Part shown: positions 1-9,304 of the stretch, piece by piece
Position numbering within the stretch: position 1 is the first letter of the stretch
Layout: the number at the start of each line of letters is the position of its first letter
Source of the DNA: an uncultured Solirubrobacterales bacterium
Lineage (GTDB): Bacteria; Actinomycetota; Thermoleophilia; Solirubrobacterales; Solirubrobacteraceae
Assembly (NCBI GenBank): GCA_963811445.1
Contig: CAWERP010000008.1
Coordinates: forward strand, 2,087 to 66,086
DNA: 64,000 nucleotides
Direction of reading: 5' to 3'
Program-made: the position numbers and the translations under genes
The notes under the pieces: generated by a model
The model's input: the letters and a program-made list of their open reading frames with translations, nothing else
Told to the model about the DNA's origin: nothing
Databases searched by the model: none

Positions 1-253
1 CACTGCGCGACCGCACGGGCCGTCGCTAGGGCTGTAGACACGTGGCCGACCACCCCCACTTCGCGGTGCACGTGACCCGCCAGCGCTGGACATGTGTCGA
101 GGAAGAAGTGAAGGGACCTGAGAACCCGTTCGGCGAAGTCACATGCCATCGTGGCCGGACTGTGGTCGTCGTCGGACTCGGAGCCTGATCGAATCCGGCC
201 AACTGCCCGAGAGGGGTATTGGCCGGGTTCGCCTTCCGGATTGGCGGCCGAGC

Positions 254-625
254 CTAGGGTCCGGCGACGCCCGTGACTTCCCGCCGACCCTTAACGCAGC
301 GACCGTGCGACGGGCCGCCCTGGCTCCCCCAGGAGTAGCAGCAATACCCGTCCACGCGACAATGGGGATGAGGCGTGTAGCCGCTGGGGTAACAGGCCTG
401 CGAGCCGCCTAGTAGGGCCTTGATCAAGTGCTTCGCCTCGCCGCAGCTCACGCCAGGCGAAGCGCGGACGGAGTTGGCGATCATCTGCGGGGCTTCGCCG
501 CAGTAGCGGAGGCCCGCGGCGGAGCTGCTCGCGGCCGGGTTCTTACCAGCGGCGGTGCCCGCGTTCGCGCACGCGACGACCAGGGCCACCGCGAAAAGCC
601 TGCGCGCTCTAGATCCGCTCGCCAC
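254..625 (-). CDS. small Cys-rich secreted protein or lipoprotein (family not recognised)
   Basis: ORF 254..763 trimmed to the GTG at 625. The N-terminus RARRLFAVALVVAC looks like a Sec/lipoprotein signal with a possible lipobox. The mature part has 7 further Cys. No domain recognised. Confidence 0.3.
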   Translation of the reverse strand: MASGSRARRLFAVALVVACANAGTAAGKNPAASSSAAGLRYCGEAPQMIANSVRASPGVSCGEAKHLIKALLGGSQACYPSGYTPHPHCRVDGYCCYSWGSQGGPSHGRCVKGRREVTGVAGP

Positions 626-759
626 CTCGTGGATCGTCCGCCTAGGTAGAAGCCGAGAGGAGGCACCTCGCGCGATTCCGTGCGCACGGAATAGTCGAGA
701 GTCCGCTGATCGGTGACACGTGCGGCTGTAGCTCAGCCGACCCGAAGGCTCAGGTCTCG

Positions 760-1252
760 TCACGCTCCCACCCGCTGCACCAGATTGCCAACGGTGATCC
801 GGAAGCCGCGTCTTCGCGAGTTACGGCACAGGACCGACTGCGCGCCTATGACGCAGTTGAAGCCATCTTCGAGTCGCAGCGTGCTCCCAGGGAGGACAAG
901 CTGCGAGCCCCTTTCGCTGTGCGATGCTTCGCCACCAGCGGCCCAGAGCGAGGACTGCTCGGTACACAGCCGCGTCGACGTGGCACGGCCCGTTGGCGAA
1001 AGCGACGCGACAAGTATCAGCTCAAACGGCCCGCAGAGAGGACGGTCCTGCCCGAAACCTGCGAGAACCTCCTGGCAGTGGAGCTGTGGCGTGGCGGGTA
1101 GGACGACGCCACACGTGATCTTCGTCGGTGTCGACCCGCTGCCGACCGAGTAAAAGCTGGCCGCGGCCTCGGGAGGCGCAAACCCAGGCGACGGCTGACA
1201 GGGCGGTCGCAATACACAGCAGTCTCTGCAGCGGCAGGGCGAGTCGAACCAT
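760..1252 (-). pseudogene. secreted protein gene with signal peptide and mature part in different frames
   Basis: The signal-like start MVRLALPLQRLLCIATALSAVAWVCAS (ATG 1252) is in the frame of ORF 1022..1846. The plausible mature sequence (ASFYSVGSGSTPTKITCGVV...ITVGN, ORF 760..1212) is in another frame, implying a frameshift near 1165. Confidence 0.25.
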
Positions 1253-2123
1253 ATGGACCTCTCTCGTCTTCAGGCGGATAACCCGGTCTCGTCGATGCAC
1301 ATTGAACCGGGGTCGGCCCGACCAGCACAAGGGCGTTGGCCACTTCCCCCTGCCGTAGCCGTCTGCCATCGTGTTCGCTTGTTGGGCTTCAGCGGCTTCA
1401 TTTCTCGATCCGTTCTTCTTCTGCGTGTACCCATGCCAGCACTTCTGCGTCGTTCTGCCCGGCGTGTTTACGCGCTTGCGCTGCTTTGTAGACCGACAAG
1501 AGCTGCCCGAACTTGTCGGGCGCGGTCGTCGTGCGGGTGACTGTCCGCGCAGATTCGTTCTGCGGTGCGGGCGTCGTCGCGCGGACGGTCCGCGCCCACT
1601 CAGCATTACGACGGCCCCGAGCGCTGCCAATGCCTTATGGGGCATCACTCGCCCCCTTTCGTCTGCGGTGGGGTCAGGCGGTTCGGCAGCACCCCTAAGG
1701 ACTAGGCCTGTCGTTCTCACGCCCGAAGCGTAGCCGGGATCACGAGCCTCTGATTCCAGCCGGTCGAGCAGCGGGCGTACCCTGCCGCCTTCACTTTGGA
1801 GTGGTCCGGACAGAACGGACCGCGCCTTGCTGGCCGGATCAAACACGCGCCAGCGAGATCGAACTCAATCGCTCACGGCGACGCGCCGCCGGCACTCAGC
1901 GTGATTGTTCCCGCGATCTGGACCCCTCCCGTCGTGCCCAACCAATCCAGTCGTGTTCCAGCTTAGAAGAACGCGCGCAGCATTTCCCTCGCTAGGACCA
2001 GCATGTGCCCCGGCTAGGACGATTGGCCACCCGCTCCACGTCAGTCGGTGCGTGGCTACTGTGGATCGTCCCCGGCGGGGTTGTCGACCGTCCGCTGCTC
2101 TGGGCCGCCGCTTCTCACACTTC

Positions 2124-2408
2124 TCACGGGCGCTTGGCTCCACCGGCTTGAACCCACTCGTCAAGCTCGGCGCGGTTGAACAGCAGGCGCGATCCGTCGC
2201 GGTGGTGCGGGATGCGACGGGCGCTGACCAGCGCATACAGGCGCGACTTCGGACAGGCAAGGTGCGCCGCTGCGTTCTCAACGTCGAGCCACGGAAAGGG
2301 ACCGCCGGTGGACAAGTGAGCCGCGAGTCTTGGTGCGAGCAGTTCGGCCAAGCGGTCAAGATCGGCGTCGCCCAGCTCAGCTAGCAGCGCGTCGGTAATC
2401 GCGCTCAC
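2124..2408 (-). CDS. excisionase/MerR-type helix-turn-helix DNA-binding protein (Xis-like)
   Basis: 94 aa. WLDVENAAAHLACPKSRLYALVSARRIPHHRDGSRLLFNRAELDEWV is the typical excisionase-family HTH pattern. It sits at the end of the replication-module remnant. Confidence 0.6.
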   Translation of the reverse strand: MSAITDALLAELGDADLDRLAELLAPRLAAHLSTGGPFPWLDVENAAAHLACPKSRLYALVSARRIPHHRDGSRLLFNRAELDEWVQAGGAKRP

Positions 2409-3766
2409 TCGGCCGTCTCCTTAGTCGCGGCAAGGGCTTCGAGGTCGTCCATGCTCCACCCGTTAAGGTCGGCGTTTGCGGTCGAGCTTTCAACCTCACC
2501 CGATTTGTCCTTAGTGTGTGTGCAGAGTAAGGAAGCCTCTCCCGACATTTCGGGTGAGGTTGATCCGTCGCCTCCTGACATTTCGGGTGAGGTTGCGATG
2601 GCATAGCTCTGCGCGGCCCACGCGGCGAGTCGCCAGGTGTTCGCCTTGCCTTGTCCGCCACGGTGAACCTCGGCGACTCCGTGCGCCACAAGGTCCTCCA
2701 GGGCGCGCTCGGTCGTCCTCAGCGGATAGCCGATGACCTCAGCGAGCTTGGCCGTCTTTAGTTCGAACCCGGCGGCTGCCAGCCCGTCCATCGCGGCCCG
2801 CCTGGGCGGGGATCGAGTCGAGCGCGGCGGTCCCGATAACGCGCCAAGCGGTCTTCGCGTCGACCCCGAGCGAGCGCAGACCGGCGAGCAGGCGATCGAG
2901 CACGACGACTAGCCGCGTCGGTGCCTCCGATTCCGGGATCAGCTCGACTTCCCGCGTGTAGCCGTCGCGCTCGACCGCGGAGCGGCAGCGGACCACAAGC
3001 GCGGCAAGGCTGACAAGCCGCTCGGCGTCGCGCTCCACCGGCTCGGGTGCGGTGTCCTGGTGCGCGAACAGCGAGGCCACGGCCTCGCCCAGCTCGGTGC
3101 GCATCTTGGTCTCCGAGCCGGCGTGTGCAAGCGCCCGTCTGCCCTGCTCATGGGCGTCGACGTGCGGCAACCGCAGCAGGACGAAGCGCTCGCCCATAGC
3201 CCCCATCACCGCGCTGTGACGGTCAATCGTGGGCGTGCAGCCGGCCACTAGTCCGACCTTCCCTGACCAATGCAGCGTCCGGCCACCATCGGTCCCTACG
3301 TGCCGGGTCCAGTCGCCGTCGTAGACCTCCCGGAGCGCCGCGAGCACCGCTGCCCTCGCGTCGCGTTGCATCGACAGGACAGAGCCGAAGTCCTTTGCGA
3401 GCACGATTCCAAACGAACCGATGGTCCGCAGCAGTCCGCCGCTCGCCCGGTGTCACGCTCGCGCTTGGGCGTACCGCTCAACAGCGCCGCCTCGGTAAGC
3501 GTCGCGGTCGGATGCACGTCCGGCAGCGCCCCGAGCGACTGCAACAGCTCCGACTTCCCAGAGCCCGGCGGTCCCACAAGCAGGAGCCACACGGGATCGC
3601 CCGGCAGACGGTTCGCAGCTACCGCGCCGAGCACGGCATAGAGCGCGGTCGGGTCGGGCAGGTAAAGCCATCGGCGGAACACGGCGATCGTCTCGGCCAG
3701 CGGATCGGCCCCATCGGCGGCAGCGCGAAAGGCGCGATCTTCCTCGGCGGTCCATGGACCACTCAC
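2405..3766 (-). pseudogene. P-loop NTPase of a phage/plasmid replication module with C-terminal winged helix, split over three reading frames
   Basis: ORF 3296..3766 carries Walker A (LLLVGPPGSGKSELL) and then runs out of frame. ORF 2739..3404 continues plausibly (VLLRLPHVD..., ERDGYTREVELIPESEAPTR). ORF 2405..2791 supplies an HTH-like tail (KLAEVIGYPLRTTERALEDLVAHGV). The pieces overlap as expected for frameshifts near 3400 and 2790. Confidence 0.55.
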
Positions 3767-4648
3767 GCCGCCGCCCTCCTGCCGGCGGTTAGCCCGCTGT
3801 CGATGGTCCGCTCCGTCTCGATCTCGGTGAGCCCCGCGTCGAAGGCAGCAGCGCGCAACTCCTCGCGCACCTGGGCTTCGTCAAGCTCACCCGCTCCGAC
3901 GGTCGGCGCGGACGTTTGACTGCCCAGTTGAGCGCCTTGTTGCGCTCTCCGACGGGCGCAGCTCGCACGTAGTCTGCGACGCCGCGTCCTGCCGCCCGGC
4001 GATCCCGACCGCTGCTCACGCGCCACTTGCCGTGGCGCGTAGTGCGGCGAGTCCGGCAAGCTCCGAGCCACCTGCTCGAAAGTGAACACGTCGAGCTCTA
4101 GCCGTGTGCAGGTGACAGGCGCCGGCGGGTTGTGCTTGTGATTCAGCGAGCCAGCGGGCCTCAGTATGCGAGCCGGGTCCGTCGCCGCCCCGTCGCCGCC
4201 GAGGGCGAGCGCGAGCCGGCGGTTCGCGCGCTGCGCCCACTAGGCGGCAGCGGCCCGCGAAGGCGCCAGTAGGCGTGTGCGTGGTCCGGTGTGCCGGTGC
4301 GGACCACGATCGACGGCAGCGGCCGGAAGTTGGCCAGCCGCTGCCAGCGGTCCGCCCCGTCGAGGTCTGTCCACAGGCACCACACTCGCTCGACGGCCTT
4401 TGCGGTGCCTTCCCGGCGCGTCCTTGGAGCTGCGCCGACGTAGACGTTCAGCCGGGGTGCCAGCGCGAGGATTCGCGCCGCCGCCCGGTCAAGCTGGCGC
4501 ACCGGGATAAAGGCTCGATCGCGGGGAGCGACGTGCCCACCTCGGGTGTGAACGGGCGCAGCTCAAAGAAGCTCGACGGCGGCTCGTTGCCAGCGATAGC
4601 GGCGAGCTGGAGTTTCAGAGCGTCACGCTGGGGGATGGCGGCGGTCAT
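3763..4648 (-). pseudogene. archaeo-eukaryotic-type primase-polymerase (prim-pol) with PriCT-like C-terminus, multiply frameshifted
   Basis: ORF 4161..4502 has AEP motifs: NVYVGAAPR, a DxD-like LWTDLDG, and PSIVVRTGTPDHAHAYW. The N-terminal piece is in ORF 4448..4648. The PriCT-like GERNKALNWA lies in ORF 3789..4019 and the tail GLTEIETERTIDSGL in ORF 3763..4089. At least 3 frame changes are needed. Confidence 0.55.
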
Positions 4649-5223
4649 GCGGCCACCGCCAGCTCGCGCTCCCGGTCGACCTCGGCGCGCAGTTCAAGCC
4701 AACAGCACCTCCGCTGGTCCTCGGGGAGCAGCGAGAACACAGCGAGCCGTTCCGGCCCCGTCAGCGTCTCCGTCACTCGGTCGAACCGCTCGAACGTCGG
4801 CCGCCCGCCTAGCGCGTCGCGGACGCGCTCCGCGTGGAGCATGGCGGTCGTGCACGTCGTGAGCCCGCGCCCCGTCATACGCCGACGCTTGGCCGAACAC
4901 CGCCCGTTCGACTCCATCGCCGCCCGTGCCGCGTCGTAGCCGTTCAGACGGGTGCTCACCTGCGTGATGAACCCGCCGCTGAGGCGAAGCAGGTCATCGT
5001 CGGGATCGACCGAGACGCACGGGCGGTCGCCGCATCGGCAGACCTTCGTGCCGAGGAGTGCCAGCCGCGCGGCCGAGAACTCGGCGAGCAGCCGGGCCCC
5101 CGTCTCCGGCGCGAGCCTGCCGTCCGCGATCGCGCCTTCGGCCGTCGCGATGTACTCAGCGAGCGTCAGCGTCCGGCGCCACCGCGAGAGGCTGCGAAGC
5201 TGCTCGGCGCTCTCGGCTGCCAC
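4645..5223 (-). CDS. hypothetical protein of the element remnant (possibly 5'-truncated)
   Basis: 192-aa ORF starting at a GTG. The same frame stays open upstream without a start codon and encodes a zinc-ribbon-like CAVCARDISHRAGRAATCSPKCRTALSRQRR. This suggests the real start was lost. Confidence 0.3.
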   Translation of the reverse strand: MAAESAEQLRSLSRWRRTLTLAEYIATAEGAIADGRLAPETGARLLAEFSAARLALLGTKVCRCGDRPCVSVDPDDDLLRLSGGFITQVSTRLNGYDAARAAMESNGRCSAKRRRMTGRGLTTCTTAMLHAERVRDALGGRPTFERFDRVTETLTGPERLAVFSLLPEDQRRCCWLELRAEVDRERELAVAA

Positions 5224-5431
5224 CGCCCTACGCTGGCGGCTCAGCGCGGTCCGACATTTGGGGCTGCATGTTGCCGCCCGGCCCGCACGGTGCGAGATAT
5301 CGCGGGCGCAGACAGCACAAAGCCGGCGCTCGGCCGGCTTGGGAGATGGTTCGGGATCGTCTGCTTGGTCGGAGCCTTCGCCCGAGTCGCCGCTGCGGGC
5401 GCTTGCGCGCTGTGAACTGCCTCTGACCTTG

Positions 5432-5851
5432 CTACCAGCCGGGCGTCCAGCTCCGCGGCGTGTCGCCCTCGGTCGCGTGATACTCGCACCGCGGCGAGGC
5501 GCACGGGCAATTGCGGCAATCGCGCATAGCCGTCCGAGCTGGCCGCGGCGTTCCGCGCGCTCTGGTGCGCCATCGACACGTCGCCGCCGGCCACGCCCAG
5601 CGCCTCTCCCAGCGCATTGCGGGCGTCCGGGTCGTCAACCGCCGTGTCAATGAGTGCGGCCCGGCGCTGGCCGGGTCGGTTAGGTAGTCAGCCACCGTCG
5701 ACCACCTAGCCTTGAGCCTGGCCGGCTCCTCGGCCAACTCGCTGGCGGCATCACCCATCGGCGTGATCGCGACCCCACCCGCGCGTGCGCTCCGCGCCAG
5801 GTGGTCGCCTGCGGTTACCGCGTCGCTCCAGTCCTGCGGGGAACTGCCCAT
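5432..5851 (-). pseudogene. hypothetical element gene, apparently frameshifted
   Basis: ATG 5851 is preceded by GAAAGGGG. A plausible sequence (MGSSPQDWSDAVTAGDHLARS...ADYLTDPASAGPH) degenerates into Arg/Trp-rich text. A more natural continuation (IDTAVDDPDARNALGEALG...) lies in the frame of ORF 5241..5594. Confidence 0.2.
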
Positions 5852-6070
5852 ACTGCCCGGCCCCTTTCGTTCCTTACGGGATTTCGAGGGTGCGCCCGGA
5901 TGGTTCTCGGGTGGCATTGCGCCGGCCCTCCGCCTGGAGAGCCGGCGCGCCGCCGAGGAACGGAAGGTCCGGGCAGACCCTCGTAAGAAGTATCGCGTCC
6001 GCCCGTCACACTTCTCGGTCCTCTGCAAGAAGGTGACCCAGGAGATGACCCGAGAGGCCTGGGAACGCTA

Positions 6071-6094
6071 AAACCCCCGAGTTATCGGGGGTTT
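6071..6094. terminator. stem-loop downstream of tRNA-Glu (bidirectional terminator candidate)
   Basis: aaacccccga-gtta-tcgggggttt: a 10-bp perfect stem and 4-nt loop with A/T runs on both sides. It lies 7 nt past the tRNA-Glu 3' end. Confidence 0.6.
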
Positions 6095-6100
6095 CGTAAG

Positions 6101-6173
6101 TACCGCTACCGGGATTCGAACCCGGGTTTCCGCCATGAGAGGGCGGCGTCCTAGTCCCCTGGACGATAGCGGC
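6101..6173 (-). tRNA. tRNA-Glu(CUC): tRNA-Glu, anticodon CUC
   Basis: The reverse complement GCCGCTATCGTCCAGGGGACTAGGACGCCGCCCTCTCATGGCGGAAACCCGGGTTCGAATCCCGGTAGCGGTA folds as a cloverleaf. It has a 7-bp acceptor, anticodon stem CCGCC/GGCGG with loop CTCTCAT, a 4-nt variable loop as in bacterial tRNA-Glu, and T-loop TTCGAAT. CCA is not encoded. Confidence 0.9.
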
Positions 6174-6314
6174 GCGCAATCGGCCGGGTCGAGGCTAGCA
6201 AAGCGCCCCGAGCATGTGTCCGCCCAGGCGGCCCCCGGTCGCTGCCCGCTTGATACGGGTCCGACCCACGGCTCGTCCGTGGTCCCGTGCGCTATCTTCG
6301 CTGGCCATCGCCTC

Positions 6315-6398
6315 GCGGATGTGGCGGAATTGGTAGACGCGCACGGTTCAGGTCCGTGTCTGGGCAACCAGGTGGAGGTTCGAGTCCTCTCATCCGCA
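6315..6398 (+). tRNA. tRNA-Leu(CAG): tRNA-Leu, anticodon CAG (long variable arm)
   Basis: GCGGATG...CATCCGC acceptor, D-loop GGAATTGGTAGAC, anticodon stem CACGG/CCGTG with loop TTCAGGT, a long variable arm and T-loop GGTTCGAGTCC. Confidence 0.9.
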
Positions 6399-6404
6399 CT
6401 TTGT

Positions 6405-6436
6405 AGAAGCCCCACTAGTCTAGGCAGGGCTTCTTT
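6405..6436 (+). terminator. stem-loop plus T-run after tRNA-Leu
   Basis: agaagccc (6405-6412) pairs with gggcttct (6427-6434) and is followed by tt. It starts 7 nt after the tRNA end. Confidence 0.5.
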
Positions 6437-6481
6437 GATGGACTGAGACTGGACTGCGCCGTTCCGTGAGTTGTGGGCATT

Positions 6482-6497
6482 GTTCTCACGTGAGAAC
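6482..6497. promoter_or_regulatory. perfect 16-bp palindrome GTTCTCACGTGAGAAC (operator candidate)
   Basis: Read directly, in the 520-bp non-coding gap between tRNA-Leu and the LCP gene. A second short palindrome, GTGTGCACAC, follows about 20 bp later. Confidence 0.3.
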
Positions 6498-6865
6498 GAT
6501 GCACAGTCGTGTGCACACCACTGGACGCTCAGGACGCCGCTCAGCGACGGCCTGCCGGCCCCGTCGAGCCACCTTGGCCGCCCGCGCGGCCCGCTCGCCG
6601 CACCGCTTTTTCCGACAGGTCCCCGCGCACCTCCAGGGCTCCCGCTGGTACCGTCATGACCGACCCCCGCCGGCGCTGCGCCGCCCTGACGGCCCCACGA
6701 ATCGGGCCTTCCCGGCGCCCGGCATGCAACGTCACGACCCCCGAGGCCGCCCACACAGTCCGATGCGTCCAGTCTGTCCGCGAACCCCCGAAACCCGGAC
6801 GATCTCCACGCGCCCGGCTGGATCTGCACCCCGCTGGTCCGGCCCAGGCCCACGTGTGCACGACG

Positions 6866-6894
6866 AGGTGGGGGTTCGAGTCCTTCCATGCGCG
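6866..6894 (+). repeat. degenerate direct copy of the tRNA-Leu 3' end (T-arm plus acceptor)
   Basis: aggtgggggttcgagtccttccatgcgcg versus tRNA 6370-6398 aggtggaggttcgagtcctctcatccgca gives 24/29 identical in the same orientation. No complete cloverleaf can be built around it. Confidence 0.55.
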
Positions 6895-6920
6895 CCTGAA
6901 CCTCGTCGCCGAAGCGTGCG

Positions 6921-9137
6921 GTGAGCGCGACCCTGCCCGTTGAGACCGGGGTGGCGCCCGGGATGCCGCCCGAGCCGCCGCGTCGCGGGCGCTGGATGGC
7001 CAAGCGATTCCTGCTCGGGGCCCTTGGCATCGTGCTGCTGTCGGGAGGAGCGACCGCCGTCGTCGCTCTGAACGAGGTCGGCAAAGTCGTCGAAGCGCTC
7101 GGCGAGAACAAGGCCGTGAAGCTTGCACCGAAGATCCTCGCCTCGACCAGCGCGGGCTCGCCCGAGACGCTCCTGCTGGTCGGCGACGACCGTCGTCCGC
7201 CCCCCAAGAACAACCCGGGCGGGTTCGTTGTGCCGCACTCCAACGAGATGCTGCTCGTCCGGCTCGACCCCGGCAAGCCCACGATCTCGATGCTCTCGAT
7301 CCCCCGCGAGCTGCAGGTCCCGATCATCCCACCTACTGGACCGTCCACTGTGAACCGCATCAACGTCGCCTACGCGATCGGCGGGATCCAGCTGATGACC
7401 GAAACGATCAAGCGCGTGCTCGGCGTCTCGGTCAACCACGTGTTCGTCATCACCTTCCCGAAGTTCAAGCGCGCGGTCGCCGAACTCGGCTGCGTGTACA
7501 TGACCGTGGACCGGCGCTACCACCACGTCAACGAACCGGGCGGCGAACAGTACTTCGAGATCAACCTGCAGCCCGGCTATCAGCGGATGTGCGGCAAGGA
7601 AGCGCTCGAATTCGTGGCCAACCGCCACGAAGACACCTCGCTGACCCGCGACGCGCGCGACCAGCGCTTCCTGCTGGAGGCCAAGGCGCAGTACGGAGGA
7701 ACGCTCTTCGAAAACCGCGAAAGGTTCGAGCGAATCCTCGGCAAGGCCGTTGAAACCGACCTTCACGGCACGGGCCAGGTGCTCGACCTGCTCCGGCTGC
7801 TGGTGGTCTCCCAGGGCAAGCCGGTGCGCCAGGTTCCCTTCCAGGTCAATCTGCTGCCCACATTCGACACCGCCACGCCCCAGCAGATCCACGAATCGGT
7901 TCGCTCGTTCCTGAACGGAACCGCGCCGATCGCCAAACGGAGCCTGAACCAGGCGGTGCACGCTGCCCGCCCGCGCCCGCACGGCAGGACTCCCGCGCTC
8001 AGCCTGACCCCGACGCCCGCCTCGGCCCTCAACCAGGCGCGCTCGGCCGCGCCGAACCTGCCATTCCCCCTGCAGTATCCGCGCCTGCGAAGCACTTTCG
8101 CCGGCGCCTCGCCTGAAACGCTGCGCCTCTACGACATCCGCGACCAGCACGGCCGCCTGCGTCCCAGTTATGTGATCGTCGTGAACAGCGCACCCCTGGG
8201 GCAGTTCTACGACATCCAGGGGACCACCTGGAGCGACCCGCCCCTGCTGAGCAACCCAAGCCAGACGGTCCATATCGGGTCGCGCACCTACGGCCTGTTC
8301 TACGCGGGCGAACAGATCAGGACGATCGCCTGGCGCGAAGGGGGCGCCGCCTACTGGATCCAGAACACCCTCACCAACAGCGTCCAGCCACGGGAGATGC
8401 TCGCGATGGCCGCGTCGACCCTGCCGGTCGTCAACTCCGGTACGGGCGGCGTTGCGAGTGGACCCGCAGGGACCCCGGGCATCCACGGCTTCAGCCTGCC
8501 CTCGCGAGGAACCGCCGCCACGAGCGTCACCTCCAAGGTCGCGGCCGGGCTGAGCCTCGTCAGCTTTGCCATCCTCGGCCTGCTGGCAGCGCTCGTGTTC
8601 TCCCGCCGGCGCGAGCTGGGCCGGCTGCGAGAGCAGGTCGCTACGGCGATGGTCCTCGAAGCACGCCAGCGCCCGTTGCTCGCGGCCGTCGCAGGCACCC
8701 CCCAGCCCGAACAGGCACGCACGATCTACCGCGCCCAGAAACGTGTTCGCAAAGGCGTGCTCGTGGCGGGCGTCCTGTCGATCGTGGCCGTCCTGCTGGC
8801 CCTCGGCGTCTACCTCCTGCGCAGCGGGCCTGGCTCCCCGGCTGCGCCGGCCGGCGCGATCGTCCCCGTGGCCGTCTTCAACGCGACGCACACTCCGGGC
8901 GCCGCGCACCAGCTGGCCGAAACACTGAAGGCCGACCACATCAAGCTCTCCACGGTTGGCAGCATCAACGCCAACCTCGGCAGCGGCGTCTACGTGCTCT
9001 ACCCGGCCGGCGCCCAAGCCGAGGCGCAGCGGGTCGCACGGGCGATCCCCAACCTCTCGCCCACTGTCGCGCCGATCCAGACGCAGGTCGAGAACGCGGT
9101 GGGCAAACGCAACGAGATCGTCGTCATCCTCGACTGA
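6921..9137 (+). CDS. LytR-CpsA-Psr (LCP) family cell-envelope phosphotransferase with C-terminal LytR_C domain
   Basis: N-terminal TM (FLLGALGIVLLSGGATAVVAL). LCP core: LLLVGDD, MLLVRLDPGKPTISMLSIPRELQV, RINVAYAIGG, NHVFVITFPKFKRAVAELGCVY. Second TM near aa 540. LytR_C-like tail VAVFNATHTPGAAHQLAETLKA...IVVILD. The start may instead be ATG 6996. Confidence 0.85.
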   Translation: MSATLPVETGVAPGMPPEPPRRGRWMAKRFLLGALGIVLLSGGATAVVALNEVGKVVEALGENKAVKLAPKILASTSAGSPETLLLVGDDRRPPPKNNPGGFVVPHSNEMLLVRLDPGKPTISMLSIPRELQVPIIPPTGPSTVNRINVAYAIGGIQLMTETIKRVLGVSVNHVFVITFPKFKRAVAELGCVYMTVDRRYHHVNEPGGEQYFEINLQPGYQRMCGKEALEFVANRHEDTSLTRDARDQRFLLEAKAQYGGTLFENRERFERILGKAVETDLHGTGQVLDLLRLLVVSQGKPVRQVPFQVNLLPTFDTATPQQIHESVRSFLNGTAPIAKRSLNQAVHAARPRPHGRTPALSLTPTPASALNQARSAAPNLPFPLQYPRLRSTFAGASPETLRLYDIRDQHGRLRPSYVIVVNSAPLGQFYDIQGTTWSDPPLLSNPSQTVHIGSRTYGLFYAGEQIRTIAWREGGAAYWIQNTLTNSVQPREMLAMAASTLPVVNSGTGGVASGPAGTPGIHGFSLPSRGTAATSVTSKVAAGLSLVSFAILGLLAALVFSRRRELGRLREQVATAMVLEARQRPLLAAVAGTPQPEQARTIYRAQKRVRKGVLVAGVLSIVAVLLALGVYLLRSGPGSPAAPAGAIVPVAVFNATHTPGAAHQLAETLKADHIKLSTVGSINANLGSGVYVLYPAGAQAEAQRVARAIPNLSPTVAPIQTQVENAVGKRNEIVVILD

Positions 9138-9244
9138 GACGGGATGGCCGGTGAATCGAAGCGGCCGGGCGAGACGCTCGACCGCGACCGCGGGCCGGCA
9201 CCCGTGCTCGGGGGCTGCCCACAACGGCGAGGTCGCGCTGCAGA

Positions 9245-9274
9245 GAGCGGCCGCCGGTTGGCCGGCGGCCGCTC
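9245..9274. terminator. GC-rich hairpin between convergent genes
   Basis: gagcggccgccgg-ttgg-ccggcggccgctc: a 13-bp perfect stem. It is flanked by the direct repeat cgcgctgcagaga and lies between the LCP stop (9137) and the LPFTG gene stop (9305). Confidence 0.55.
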
Positions 9275-9304
9275 GCGCTGCAGAGAATCAGAGCTCCGGG
9301 TTGC

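Larger units (their letters stand above)
2124..5851. mobile_element. decayed integrative plasmid/prophage-like replication-excision module (no integrase present)
   Basis: Co-oriented Xis-like HTH, P-loop ATPase and AEP primase-polymerase genes, each interrupted by frameshifts, adjacent to a tRNA pair. Boundaries are uncertain, and broken secreted-protein genes continue to the left (250-1850). Confidence 0.5.

Noticed and set aside
180-210. T-loop-like gatcgaatccgg as the distal att repeat of tRNA-Glu
   Set aside because: Only about 10 nt are similar, and the orientation is opposite to the tRNA-Glu 3' end. This is not above chance.
6068-7363. 431-aa minus-strand ORF covering both tRNAs
   Set aside because: It runs through two tRNA genes and a terminator and is not protein-like.
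6732-9224. 830-aa ORF on the minus strand
   Set aside because: It is antisense to the well-supported LCP gene. The sequence is Arg/Gly/Asp-rich with no motifs, as expected for a GC-rich antisense open frame.
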